DNA of 64,000 nt from the human T2T-CHM13v2.0 reference genome, Homo sapiens, in NCBI RefSeq assembly GCF_009914755.1, contig NC_060942.1; one strand, 5' to 3'. The notes under the pieces are model-generated. The model worked only from the letters and a program-made list of their open reading frames with translations. It did not search any database and was not told the DNA's origin. Positions 41,305 to 54,965 of the stretch are shown here, piece by piece (position 1 is the stretch's first letter; each line of letters opens with the position of its first letter). The position numbers were made by a program, and so were the translations under genes.

Positions 41305-41530
41305 TAGGAGCCAGAGAGACCTGAGTTTGAATCCCAGCTGTGCCACTTACTAGCCGTGGGACTTTAACCTCATTCTTCCGTCTTTTGAAACCTCGATTTT
41401 CTTATCTGTAGCATAGGAATGAGAATAATACTCATCCTGTGGCTTTGTTTTCAGGCTTAAAATAAGCGAGGTGTTTCTGTGAAGCAAGTGGCATATGACA
41501 GCCTTGCAGGGAACTGTCAGTTTGTGTGTT
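41305..41530 (+). mobile_element. MIR SINE
   Basis: ggagccagagagacctgagtttgaatcccagctgtgccacttactagccgtg. Confidence 0.75.
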
Positions 41531-44500
41531 GCTGTTGAATACAAACCGTGTTCCAGGCATGGCTCAAGAGAAAAAAAATCGCAACACAGTCAGCCCCAGA
41601 AAGTGAGGTCCATTCTCCCAACGGGGCATCCAAGGCCTCCATAAGCAAACACAACCCCTTTCTCCAGCCAAACTGCTCCACTTGTATTTCCATAGGTGGC
41701 CTTGCATTCCTCCCACCATGAGAACAATCTTTCTCCTCTTCTTGCCTGGCTCTTGCCCACCTTCAGGGCCGGGCTCACTTCCCACCGCCTCCTCACCCTG
41801 CCTGGATTCATTCCTCTTACAACATCCTATAGAACTAATGTCCACCCGGGGCTGTCAACGTCTGTCTCCAGATATGCTCTTTGCCAGGTGGCTGTATTAA
41901 TGCCTTGTGACCCTTTCTTGGTTGCTTTTAAATCATTTCAGTCTTTCGTTGCTACCTGGGGACAGGCTAGGTCTCATCTGTCATGGAACCCCGGCTGCAT
42001 GTTGCTCGGAGTCTGTGCTCATTCAACAAGCAATGATTTAGTTTGAGACAATGCTTCTTATTGAACTGCGAAGTTTCCTAGTAGTACCAGAAGGAGGGAT
42101 ATAAGTTGTGATCCTTCAGCGAAGAGCTTGCAATCCTCCTGAAATTAAGCAGCCATGAACACTTATGATGGATTGTAAGCTGGATGAATGTGGGGAAATG
42201 GAATGGGGAAGGAGGTGGGGAGCCGCCGGGGACAAAGGGCAGGGGAGCTGGGGCTTAAGGGAAAGTGGATTGTGGACAGGCATGGGGGAAATGGGGAAAG
42301 CCTCCAGGAAGGAGCCTTTGAGCCAAGGCGTGGGGGCCAGAATAAGCATGGCCCATCTGGGTGGTAAAGAGAGGGCCCGATGAGCGAGCCGTGGCCAGCT
42401 CCGGCTCTCACCAGAGGTGTTCTAGTGAATGCAGGATGACTCCAAGAACCTTGGAAAGGTTTTAAGCCAGAAAGCAACACCATGGAAGGAACAAAGGAGC
42501 ATTCCTTTATTCATTCAACAAACAATGAGAAAAATGCTACTTCCTTATTAAACTGGAAAGTCTCCTGGACACATTGCTTGCTAGAAATGTGCTGAGATAA
42601 CAAAGTCAACTAAATCTGGAGCAGTCTCTAGCCAGAGGAGCCCACGGGTAACTCAGTGCCCGGAGGAGTGCAGTGCTCCAAATAAAGCGTGGGCAGGAGA
42701 GGGAAGGTGGGAGCCCAGATGGAGGAAGAGGCGAGGAGGCAGGAGAGCCACCTCAAAGGGCATCCCGGCAGAGAGCAACTCCCCAGCTCCTGATTGCCTT
42801 TAAATTTGTTCTGACTGTAACGGTCAAACAAAAAGACTTAGCAGGAAGTGAAGGGCTAGAATGCAGCTTGAAAAATCAGGAGAACCTTTCTGCATGAACA
42901 GTTTATTCCAGCCCTAATCTTAGGCACAGACCCCGCCTGGAATGTTCCTCTGAGAATGTAGCCTTCCTAGGGCCAGGTACCCAGCCCCTGGGCACTGGCT
43001 TAGCATCGGAGTCCCTGCAGGGCCAGCAGCTGCTGCTATGAATACCCCAGCTTAAGCGACCATTCCTGTAACCTCCGCCGAAATAACTTCCCACCCGCTT
43101 TGTCCCCTCCAGAGCTTTCGTTCCCCTCTTCCGCTCAGCACACACAGTGAAGTTAACTCAGCGGGGTGACGCCGACCTACCCAGACCCCCACGCCCCAAA
43201 CATACACACATAAACACACGGAAGCGGCCCCATCTGAAGCTGCCTGGATCCTTGACCTCCTCAAGATAGAACTGGAGTCTCCCACCCACCCCACCTCCAC
43301 TCCCGACCCTCTCCCCAGCCCCCACCCTTTGACTGTTCTGCTTCCTTAGCCAGACTCTGCAAACTGAAATGTGAAATTTGAAGCCAGTGTTCCCCTTAGC
43401 AACCATGGTAACACAGGATCTGATAGAGAGCCTAGAGTTATAAAAATACCAGCTTCCACCAGACACTGGTTTCCAAAGGGAAACCAGTCTCCAAGCCAGA
43501 ACCGTTTTTAAACAGTCTTAAAACTCAAGAGATTTCTAAACCAATCTCAACATGGCTCAGGAGGACATCTCTTTAATCCTGTTTTGGAAGGTGGTGTGGG
43601 TGCAAGCTTTGGGTATTTTCTCTGAAATACAGAGATTCAGAATGCATGTGCTCACGGGGGAATTAACTAGCCTTATGAAGGGTATATAGCAGGGAGCAGT
43701 TTTTCCTAATAAACATCAACTATTTGGCATTTTTTCATAGATTGAGCTGCCCTGCTGACCCCCAGTGAAATCTTCCTTCCAGTTCCCTCCCGGGGAGTCC
43801 TCAGCTCCATCCATCCTCCTAATTAGGGAGAGAGAATGATTTCGCCTATCTCCCCTTGCTTGAAAACAATTTAAATTCACAAAACCATTTTCCAGCCGGA
43901 ATTCTACTTTAAGGCTTAGGTAGGGAGGTAAGAGATGGTGATGTCAAAACTTTTCTGCTCAGGACCAACAAGAAAAGTCCTACATCCCTGTCCCCAGCCC
44001 TTTCTCTCCCCACAGACGCACCCTCGGGCATGGGCCCAGCACGAGCTATAAATCCCTGTTCTCTGCGTTCCCTGCAGAGGGCACAAGCCTGGCGAGTGGG
44101 GGCAGTGAGGGCAGTAGGGGGACTCTCCCCAGGGGAGGGGCACCTTCCCAGCCCCCAGCCCCGCCTTCGCAGCCCTGGACGGCTTGCCCTCCCATCTCCT
44201 TCCCCCGCCTGCTCCTCCTCCTCCCTCTTATCTCCTGGGGCCATGCCTTGTAATTTTGAAAAATCTTCTGACTGGGTAATTAATGTCTGAACTTCAAGAG
44301 GCCCCTGCTATCTGCAGAGCTGAGCTGAAGGTGGGAGGGGACCGGCAGCTGCTGAAGGCTTGGAGGAGGGAGGGGGTGCAGATTATTTTTTCTGAGCTGT
44401 TTAATGGACGGGACTGGGGAGGATAGAATCGTACCTTGCCAGAGTTGTGGGTACAAGATGTATATGTACACAGGCACAAGCATCCGTCTAGATTTTTAAA

Positions 44501-45449
44501 TCCTTTGGGGTAATCCTTTGGGGTTAAAATCACACAGTAGGATGCCCTCCTGCTCACACACCCTCACCGTCCCTTAGCAGTTTCCCAGCAGGTGGATGGC
44601 AGCAAACACTAGGGGAGCCAGGCTGGGGGACTTTCTGAGTGCAGGTCTGGTTGGGAGGACTGGTTGGGAGGGAGGGACAGTGACTTACACATTTCAGAGA
44701 TCATAAACCGGGCACTGGGGGTGCAAAAAATGGCCATCAGTTACTCCAGGTAACTCAGAAGTCAAAATATAAGCCTGCCTGTTTCCCACCTTAAGGGAGG
44801 ATCCAGGCAACTCTGCAGACGTCTGCAGTGCCCCCCGACCTCCGTGCTTCCCAGAGTGGGCCCCCGCCTTGCCCAGCCTCCGTGCTCCAGCACAGGTGCC
44901 CTCCATCTAGCAGTTGGGGTGCCGAGTGCTGGACCCACTGCTAGGCCCTGGGCATAAGCACGCTGGGGTCCCTGTCCTCACAGAGCTGCTGTCTCCTGGG
45001 GAGAGGAGGAGCAAACGGTGCCCTGCACTAAGAGCCGAGGGTGAATAAAGCACACACAGCTCTCCAGGACCCCTGTGGATCTTTCTCCAACCGACTCCAG
45101 CTCTCAGGACCTGTAGCTCAAATTAGCATTGATGATATCCACCTGCTGCCATTCTTGCCTTCAGATGTGAATGATGTTTAGGGAACTAACTTTTCTCCTC
45201 CCTTCTGTCCACCTCAAGACCAAGCCAGGCTCCAGCTCCTTCTTGATGGCTCTGCTCTCATTGCCGCCAGCACTGAACTGTAGGTCAGAGTGTGGGCGGG
45301 GCCAGGCCTTTTGAGAAAGAACCTCCAGGATCAGCCTTCTCTTGTAGCCAGGAAGAGGAGGGGAATGCTAGGGGAAGAAGGTGGGTTTCGGAGGCAGACA
45401 GTCTTCTGCAGCTTACCCTCTCTGGCCCTTGGGTAGATGTGTTAATTAT

Positions 45450-45760
45450 TTTTGTTTGTTTGTTTGTGTTTTGAGACAGTGTCTCGCTCTGTCACCCAGG
45501 CTGGAGTGCAGTGATGTGATCTTGGCTCACTACAACCTCCGCCTGCCAGAGTCAAGGATTCTCCTGCCTCAGCCTCCTGAGTAGCCGGGATTACAGGCGT
45601 GTGCCACCACACCCAGCTAATTTTAGTATTTTTAGTAGAGACGGGGTTTCACTATGTTGGCCAGGCTGATCTCAAACTCCTGACCTCAGGTGATCCGCCC
45701 ACCTTGGCCTCCCAAGGTGCTGGGATTACAGGCTACAGGCGTGAACCACCGCGCCCGGCC
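45450..45760 (-). mobile_element. AluSx-like with degenerate 15-bp TSD
   Basis: TSD agat(g/t)tgtt(a/g)attat at 45435-45449 and 45761-45775; internal 7-bp duplication tacaggc. Confidence 0.95.
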
Positions 45761-46119
45761 AGATTTGTTGATTATAAATTGACTTCCTCCCTTCCCTGTA
45801 GCTCACTGTCTGAGAGGTACACCACCCCCAAAAAACAAAGACATGAAATAAAAGGATGGGTTCACAGCATATTTTATATTGTATAAACTGAAGTGCTGCT
45901 TACTGGGAAAAAATGTGGAAGAACACAGTAGAATAAGGCTCAGGACCTTGGTTCACTCTCTGGGAGAAGGCCCTTCTTCTAGGTGCCTGTCCAGGGCTCT
46001 GCTCAGAAGTCAGTTTCTCAGACCCCCCCCGACCACGCCCCAGCCTGTCCCCCCACCACTGTCCCCAGCCTGACTGCCTTCTCTTCATTGCCCTACTAGT
46101 GCCTGGCTTGGAGTTTTCT

Positions 46120-46265
46120 TTGTTAATCGCTTATTTTCTGTCTCTCAACTAGCATGGAAACTCTCTCAAGGCAGGGAACGTGTCTATTCACAGCTGTATC
46201 CCTGTGCCTAGAATAGTGCCTGGTATATAGCAGGTCCTCAGTAGATACTTATTGACTGAATTAAG
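46120..46265 (+). mobile_element. L2 3' end
   Basis: aaggcagggaac...gcctagaatagtgcctggtatatagcaggtcctcagtagatacttattgactgaa. Confidence 0.75.
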
Positions 46266-46928
46266 GAAGTAGAGTGCCTAGACTGAGCAAAGCCAGAGAC
46301 AATAGTCAGCCCTTCTAGAATTCATCTGGAATGATTTCTCAGTGGAGATAAATCCAGAACCCTTGAAGGGGCAATGTGAGTGAGCAGAGTGGGGCTGGCT
46401 GGTAGTGGTCCCTGGAGATGAGCTCAGAACGGGAAAGGGAAGAGAAACACCCCCCATCACCCCAGCAAGCAAGCCCAAAAGGGGCATTTGTGCCCACACT
46501 GTGAGTGAACCAGTGCAAACAGTGCTCTCAGCCTGCGAAGCTGCCTCTGTTCTGTCCCTGCCTTTGGTTAAGTGGCCTTTTCTCAACAACCCTCCACCGA
46601 GCTTCATATGAGATTCAGTCTGTCCAAAGTCAGAATCCCACAAACCACAATCTTTAGGAGAAGTCAGGAGGAGCTTCTAGCAAAGCTCCCTGGACCAAGA
46701 GCCCATGGGGAAGGGATTGTTGTGGGGGCCTGGGCACCTGCTGTACACTGTGACAGCGCTCAGCAGGGCCCTCCTCACTGCCCCTCCCATGAGGAACGGA
46801 GGAAGTTAGGAGTATGTGCAGGGGGCACGAAGGGTGGGAGAATGGAGTGGGTGGGAAAGGACACCCACAGTCACAGACCTTGAAGATGACGGAAACCTTG
46901 ACAATTACAGCAGAATTCACCTATGGAG

Positions 46929-47243
46929 CAACATGGCCAGTAACAATATAACGTGAGCCACGTGTAATTTTACATGGCCTAGTAGCCACATTTTAAAAAA
47001 CTGAAAAGGGAACAGGTGAAATTAATTTTATGCTGTCTAATATATCCAAATAATCACCATTTTAACGTGTAATCAATATTAAAAAGTACCAATGAGATAT
47101 TTTTTACGTTCTTCTCTTTTGGTACGAAGTCTTTGAAATCCAGTCTGTAGTTTACACTGAAAGCAGCTCTCAATTTGGACTCAGGCACATTTGAAGTGCC
47201 CAAGACCACATGTGGCCTGTGGCTATTACGCTGGACCAGGCGG
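46929..47243. mobile_element. MER33 DNA transposon, near full length
   Basis: aatataacgtgagccacgtgtaatttt...tagtagccacatt...acaggtgaaattaatttta...ctcaatttggact...cacatgtggcctgtggcta. Confidence 0.85.
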
Positions 47244-47373
47244 TCTGGAGGCAGCTTCTGGAATCCTCAGGCTTTTGGAGCAGTTCTGGACCCCTAAAGT
47301 AACTGGATTCCCAAAGTCTCAAAAGTACTTTTCATAGCCTCTCATAGCACCAGGCAGCAAAGGGGCACCATGA

Positions 47374-47838
<465 letters not shown>

Positions 47839-49381
47839 TAGGGACACAGTGCTGGGCAGGGCTGGGCAGCTGCCACCCTCTCCTCACAGCAGCTCGACAG
47901 AAATCGTGGCCGAGTGTGTGGAAGGCACAATTAGCTCATTCTTGCATTGCCCCTTGATTACACAGGACTACCATTTCTGTAATTAAGACCTTCTCCCTTA
48001 CTCAGAAGTATTGAAACATGAAAGTATTTGCTGAATCTGGTTTCCCAGGGTTAAAAGCCAGACTTAGGAAACGCAAACACACTTGTGGAAATGCAAACAC
48101 ACATTCAGTAATTAATTATCCTTTAATTAAGGCCAAAACCCTGCTGAAAACAATTAGCTCTAGAAATTGAACAGTAGGTACAGCTCCACTTTTTGCTGAT
48201 TGTTCTTTCCTGATAGCCAGGAAGTGCTGAGTCTGGGGGGCGGAGGTGGTAGGGAATGAATTAGTCTGCCGCTTTTGGTCTGGACTGGACCAAGCTCTAC
48301 TTTTTTTGGAAATGTTAGTCAGAGGAGAGTTTGAGGTGTGGGGAAGGGCAAAGAGGATGTGGTTTGGGCAAGGGGAGGCGAGAGGCTGCCCCAGGCTTGG
48401 ATGCATGCCATGGGAAGTCTCAGAAGCTCCTGCTGGCCACACAGAGGTGGCTTGCCTGGCTGGAGTGGAGGGCGTGGGCCAGGGATTAGCTGACTGGAAA
48501 GCAATTAGATGAGGTGCGGCTGGCTGGGAAAATACCTGGAATCCCAGGGCCAGAGTTGAGACTTGCTTGGCTAACGCTGCAGGCGGGAGGCCTCGTGGGG
48601 CCTGGGGAGTGGAAGTGCCCACCAGTGAGGGTGGGAGGGTAGCCGTGTGGGCTGCGAGTCTTGGATGCCTCTTGCTGATGCGGAGAAGTGGATGAGTACA
48701 GATAGTGTGGGCTCGGAGGTCCTGCAGCCCTCTGGGAAAGATGCCCTCTTTCCCATTTCCTCTCTCTAAATGCCCCCCTGCCCCCGCCGCCCTCCACCTC
48801 TCCTCAGACTCCTTGGACGTTCCTAAAGCCTGCCTAGTCCCATCAGATCACCTCACCCCTTTCCTAGGTAGGAAGATGTAGGTGCACAGTGTCCCCCTTC
48901 CGGGGACTTTCACATTTTGAAAGGAGGGGTGGGGAGAGAAAAATGTGTGCCCCAAAGGAACAAAAAGGGTGCTTGGGATTTGGGAGGGGTAGGGAAGGTC
49001 ACTGGCGCCACCAAACTCTCCCCAGAAAACACCTGCATGCTTAAAAGCTTACCTAGAACCCCCGAAGCCTGGCCTCTGGATGGGGGGCTTCCCAGGTAAG
49101 AGCCCCTGCTCTAGAAGTGGAATGTTAGGTTTTCATACAGGCAAGAGGGAAGGTCTTTATTGGTCAGAGGGGCCTTCCAGATCACCCTCAAAGCAACTGT
49201 GCAAAAGATTCCAAATGTTGGCCCAGCGCAGAGCAGGACTCTCTCAGATTCCAAAAGCCCCTGACAGCTCATTTTTTCCCCAGAAGGGACCCCAGCTCTT
49301 GCACAAACCCCTTCTCTCCCCTTCCCCCTCCTTTCCCCTCCCCTCCCCTCCCGTTCTCTTCCTTTCCCTTCTCTCTGTAGA

Positions 49382-49774
49382 TGAGGGTCGGCAAATGTCT
49401 GGTATGAAGGGCCAGATAGTAAATATTTTAGGCTCTGCAGGCCAAGAGGCAAAGCCGAGTTTAACCACATCCCTGCGAGGTGTAGGGCGTGAGCAGCAGC
49501 ATGTAACCAGGAGAGCAAGCGCCTCCACTCTGTCTTCATAGCGGAAAAAGCAGCCGTAGACGATATGCAAATGACTGAGAGTGACTGTGTGCCAACGAAA
49601 CCTTATTTATGGACACTGAGATTTGAATTTCATATAATTTGTATATGTCACAAAATATTCTTTGATTTTTTTCCCCAACTACTGAAAAATGGAAAAAACT
49701 ATTCTTAGCTCATGGGCCATAAAAAGCAGGCCATGGCCAGATTTGGCCGGTGGACTATAGTTCGCCCCTCCCTG
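49382..49774. mobile_element. MER58B/C-like DNA transposon
   Basis: gggtcggcaaa...aagggccagatagtaaatattttaggct...gcagccgtagacgatatg...ggccagatttggcc...tagttcgccc. Confidence 0.8.
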
Positions 49775-50719
49775 ATCCCGCTGTGTGGTTCTCAAGTGGG
49801 AAACGCTCCTCTCCTCCAGATGGTTTCAATGCACATTAAAGTTTGAGAGCCACTGTCATAAAGGAGAATTTGCAGTTTCCCAGGTGATGCTGATGCCGTC
49901 ATTAGGGGGATCCCACACTGAATATGCCCAATCTAGTCTGACCTTCACCCTATTTTACAGATGGCAAAACTGAGGCCCAGAGGCAACGTACCTCTATCAT
50001 ATGAGCCCAGGGAAAGGCTTCTTTGTCTCAGGATGCAGAGCTGGGTGGTTTTCTATCTCTAGCCGCCTTCAGCGATCTGCCCTGCCAGCTCACACTGCCC
50101 AAGGCTCTAGCCGAGATACAGGAAATGTGGATGTGTCCCCCGGAGCCCGAGAGCAGCAGGGCTGCAGTGAGTCATTTCCCGTGAGTGGAGCTGGCATGCG
50201 CTGAGCCTTCCTCGTGCTGTCAGTTCGCTCCCTTCTGACCACTCCAACCTGCGCTTTAGAGGAACTCCCTGCCAGCTTCCGGGAAGCGAAAAGCACCCTC
50301 TGTGAGAAGGGAAAAAGGAAAGAACCAAGGTTTGCGTGTCAGACTTGCGTGATTTCAAATCCCATGTTCGTGGTACTGCCTGGGACTTGAAACAAATTCC
50401 TTCACTTCCTTGAGCCTCAGTTTCCATCAGTAAAATGAGAAAACAGCCCCTGCCTCTGCGGGGTTCCCAGAAGACCTGGAGATTAAATCTGTCCAGTGTC
50501 AGGCACACGGCAGGGAATTTTTATGGTGTCTTTATTGGCCATCCTGGCATTATGCATTAGCCACAAGGGTACCCAGCCTCAACCTCAAAAGCCACAGAAA
50601 AAGGCCACCTGATCCTCCAGACAACATGTGTGGCCATGGCTGTGCTGATGGTCTTACAGAGGCAGTCACTGTCCTACACTCCTGAGACATTGCCATTGAC
50701 GATTTAGGTTGTGCTGTGT

Positions 50720-50890
50720 AAGGCTCATGTACTTGGGTCCCTTGGTGGCCTTCAGGGTCTGAGAACCCTGAAATTGTATGCAGACATCTGTGAACCTGTG
50801 CAGAGGTGCATTTTTCTGGGAGAGGTGCAGATTTTTCATCGAGATCCTCAAAGGGATCCATGCTCCCAAGAAAGCTAAGGATCCCACATC
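50720..50890. mobile_element. hAT-Charlie MITE fragment (MER103-like)
   Basis: ccctgaaattgtatgca...tgcatttttctgggagagg...ctcaaagggatccatg. Confidence 0.55.
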
Positions 50891-52931
50891 TATAAGCACA
50901 GTGCAGAAGGGAGCCCCAGACTTTCAAGGCATATTCCTGGATTTGAGAATCAGCTCCCTGACCCCCATGAGTGGCCTTGGGCACACTGGAGATCATCTGA
51001 TCTCCCCCCTCTGGCGTGGTCCATAAAGCAGTGATGGGACTATGTGAGGATCAAGTAGGACATGTCAGGCCAGGTGTGGAGAGGGGACTGTGTGGGAGCT
51101 GTCGGTCATGGTCCCTTCCCACCAAGCCCCCCACCTGCCCTCACCCCTGACTTGGCTGCCCCCTACTCAACCTTTGGGTTTCCTCTGCAGAGAAGCCTGC
51201 CCTGATCACCTCATCCATCCAAAGGGGGCTCCCTCCCAGCTCCCTGTTTGCATTTGTCATTCTACCCCTCTGCCCCCCACTGTAGGTGGCCTGGGGACAG
51301 GCACCGGGCTGTTTGGTCCCCATGGCCCCAGGCCCTCTAGCCCATGAACATTTGCTGCAGGAAGGCACAAATGCATACCCCCGCCCTAGGAGCCACTGCC
51401 TTGGAGCCCACCCACCTCCAGGCCCCACCTCCCTCCTCCCCCAGCAGCTGCTTCTCTAAAGAGGCAGCTCCCACTGTGCTCTGGAGCATTCAAGATCCCA
51501 GCAACAAAGTCAGAGTTAAAAAGTATATTCTGTGCTTCTCCTGGAGCTGACGTGGTCCCATCAGGTGCCCCCTCTTGAGCACAGCCAGCAGCCCCCAGAG
51601 AGGCCCTGGGCTGCCCTTCAGGGTCCCCATGCTCAGCCTGGTCTTTTTCAAGGCCTGATTCTAAGGGCTGTGTGGGCCCTGCTTGCTCTGCCTGGAGGAC
51701 AGTGGGGTCACCACTGGCATCTAGGGGACCCCTCCACCACCCTGCTGCCCCCTAAGATGCGTATGGGGCAGGCCCTCCAGCTTCTCACACCTCAACTCCA
51801 AAGGCCTGGGCGATTATGAGGCACCAGTGAGTGAGATCCCCAACCAACCCCATCACTTCAGCCCTCCAGGTCCCAACATCCCACCAGGTCCCCCTGGACT
51901 GCCAGCACCTGCCATTCCCCTAGAGGGGCAAGGAAGCAGGGTGGGAAGCCCCAGGAGACTGCCGTTGGTCATGCCCAGGTAAGGATTAGCCAGGCCTTCC
52001 TCCTCCACTCCTCTCCTCTTTGCCTGGTGCAGGAACAACCAGCTAGGAGTCAGGAAATCTGAGTTCTGGTGCTGGCTCTGCTGCCACCCAAGCTGTGCCT
52101 CTGGTTTCCTCCTGGGCACCGCACATAGATGCCATCTGTGAGTGTGTCCCCTGCTTAGTCCACATCACCTGCCATCAGCCTGCTGAGAGGGCGCCGGGGC
52201 CCAGTGGGACACCCTGGGAAATTGTCAGCTACTAGTCCTGCATCCCTGCCCACATTTGGGCTGTTTGTCCCTTCCCATCGCATAAGGAGCGGGGAAGGGC
52301 AGGAAACTGAGGCAGCCAGGGTTTGACAGCAAAGCCTGCACTGCCTGGCCTGGGGGCAAAGGAGTGAGGTCCAGAGGTTACGAGCTGCCAAGGACTGGGG
52401 ACCTCATCTTTCTCCTCCTGGCTCCCATCCAATGCCCAGGGGCTGGGGGGTCTCCTTTCCCGGGGCCTCCCATACACACATTGGTAAAGGGAGGAACAAC
52501 AGCCTCATGGTCTCGGATCCAAATCCTCATCCCTGTGCTCACGAGAGCCCCTCCCTAGAGCAAGGGAGCACTGGTGCCTGCCTCACAGGGTGGGGGCGAG
52601 AAGGGGGCTGTCTAAGGCCCATCAAGCATTTAGCAGGGGCCTGGCACACATCCCCACTCAGAGGACACCGAGACCACTGTTCATGTCACATCCGGGGTTC
52701 AAATTCTCAGTGCTGCAGGAACTCAGAGGAGGAGGAGTGGCCTGGGAGCTGGGGAGGGCTGAGGTCTGGGCTGGGGGAAGCACCTGAAGGCAGGGGTGGA
52801 AGCTATGGGCCTAGGGGCACCTGAGCCTGGGTGAGCCCAGCCCAAACTGAACAAAGGCGATTAGAGCTAAGAAGAGGGTCTCAGTCATTTATGGAGCCTC
52901 TGCCACTCCCATCCACCTGAAGAGACATTTT

Positions 52932-53098
52932 TCTCAGTGGTGCCCACTCTGACTGCACCAGAAACACCCAGAGATCTTACTATACAGATTCCTAGGCCCC
53001 CACAGCCCTACATAGCCCTAAAATCAAAGAGTGAGGGCTGGATCTGTTTCTCTCCTAGGTGGATCCAGTACAAACACAGGGCTGGGAACTACCCACTG
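52932..53098. mobile_element. MER5-like MITE
   Basis: cagtggtgcccactctgactgcaccagaaacaccc...cagattcctaggcccc...agggctgggaactac. Confidence 0.55.
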
Positions 53099-54749
53099 GA
53101 TGCATCCCTCTCCCTGCTCCCAGATGCCCTGAGCCCCTGCCCCCCACCAACCTGTCCCAGCAGCCCTGGGCAACTGGGTGACTGCGAGGCTAAGAATCCC
53201 CCACACCCACACCCTCCCTGGTGGGAAGGGAGTGGGGCTGTCTCTGGAACTCTGATTTGGTTTTGCTGTCCAATGCCAGAACGGGGGCACACTGAGGAAG
53301 AGAGACTTTTAAAAACAAAGTCCGTCTTCCCTGGGGTTTTATTTTACCTTGGAAAATAGAAGAACTGATTTTTTTTTTTCTACTTTCCCCCAAACTTGCT
53401 CCCTATCAGTGTCCCTAAAGTAGGAAGAGTTCTCACTTCTCCAAGTGTGTAGTCTTGGCATTAATTAAAATCCAGAAATGACAGCAACAAAGCACCTGCT
53501 TTTTCTTCCTGCTTTTCTCCCAACACCCCGGCACATCAACAGCCCGTCAGCTTGTGGGTAGACTCACATAGGAGCTGGAGCCTACACTGAACTTTCATCC
53601 CAGGCGAAATGCCTATCAGAAGGCAGGTGCGCTGCCTTCCCAAGCCAGTGCCCTCCTAGAGTTGAGCGTGCTGGGCTGCCCACGCCTCACGTGAGCCTCT
53701 CGGTGCAGTGGCCGCCTGGAAGATGTCTCACCTGGGTCCTTGCACAGGCAGATACTGGAGAAAATCTGAGGAAATATATAGATTGATTTTTGTCCGCCCC
53801 CCTGAAACGAGTCCCCTTTATAGTCACACTTCATAGAAAGCACAACACAGACAGCATGTCTGTGCTTGAGGCTGTGGCTGTGCACACTTGGGTGGGCTCA
53901 AAGTATATGCATTACTGCACAACCTTTGTCTCCCTCGGGGCCAACACAGAGTTTAGTGTAGGAGCCTTCACTTAGGCACTGTGTTCACCTTTACAGCCTT
54001 CTCCAACACTTCATTTATTTGGTGGCCCCTTAACCAGAAGCATATGGAGAAGTTGAGGGATTTGCCAAGGGACAGGCAGCAATAGTGATTTGCCAGGGCA
54101 GGCCCTGAAGCCTGTGTTGGTCACAGGCAGATTCAAGGGCAGCAGCAGCCCCCAAACTCTAGATCTGCATCTCAGGCCCAGGCACATCTCCCTGACACCT
54201 CCCCGGGCCTGCCCACCGGCCCCTCAATCTCTAAGTGTCCTAGTGGAACCTGTCTTCTGCTCCCCAAGCCTGCACCTCCTCCCGGAGAAGGACCTCCAGG
54301 CTGTGCCGGCTACAGCCCCGAGGCCATCCCTGACTCACCACCAACCGCCACCCTGCTGCCAGTTCCCAGGGTCTGTGAGCAGCAGCTCTTGCAGATTTTC
54401 TTGAATCTGGCCACCACTTTTCTGCCTCTCCACGGCTCGGCTAGGCCACTGTTTCCTTTCCCCTGAATTACCCCACCAGCCCTCTCACTGGCTCACCCCT
54501 CCTGTTCTCAGTCTCACCCTGCCACCCTCTCTCTGAGCACTCCTGACTCACTTTTCTCCCTGCCTGTGGTGTCCTTCCCTCTCTTCCTCTCCTCACCCCA
54601 CTCTCCTGGCTGTAGCTTCAAAGGTTTCTTCCCAGGAAGCTGTCCCTGAGCCTCCTCTCCTGACCCAGGTGAGAACAGTTCTTCCCGTCACTGACCCCAC
54701 AGCACACTCTACACTGTGCCACTTGCAGCCCACTCAGTTCTAAGAGCCA

Positions 54750-54965
54750 CCACTGACCGAGCTCACTGTGTGCCAGATACTATCCTAAACACCCCACATC
54801 CTCTTCTTTAATCCTTGCAACTACCCTTGGCGGGAGGTAATATTAGTATCACCACTTTACAGGTAAGGAAACTGAGACACAGAGGGGTTGCCTGTATTGC
54901 ACAACATGACTGGTGGGGCGGCTGAATCAGGATTAGAATCCAGGCAGTCTCACTTTACAGCCTTA
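54750..54965 (-). mobile_element. MIR SINE
   Basis: gctcactgtgtgccagatactatcctaaac...tttacaggtaaggaaactgagacacagag...ggattagaatccaggcagtct. Confidence 0.75.
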
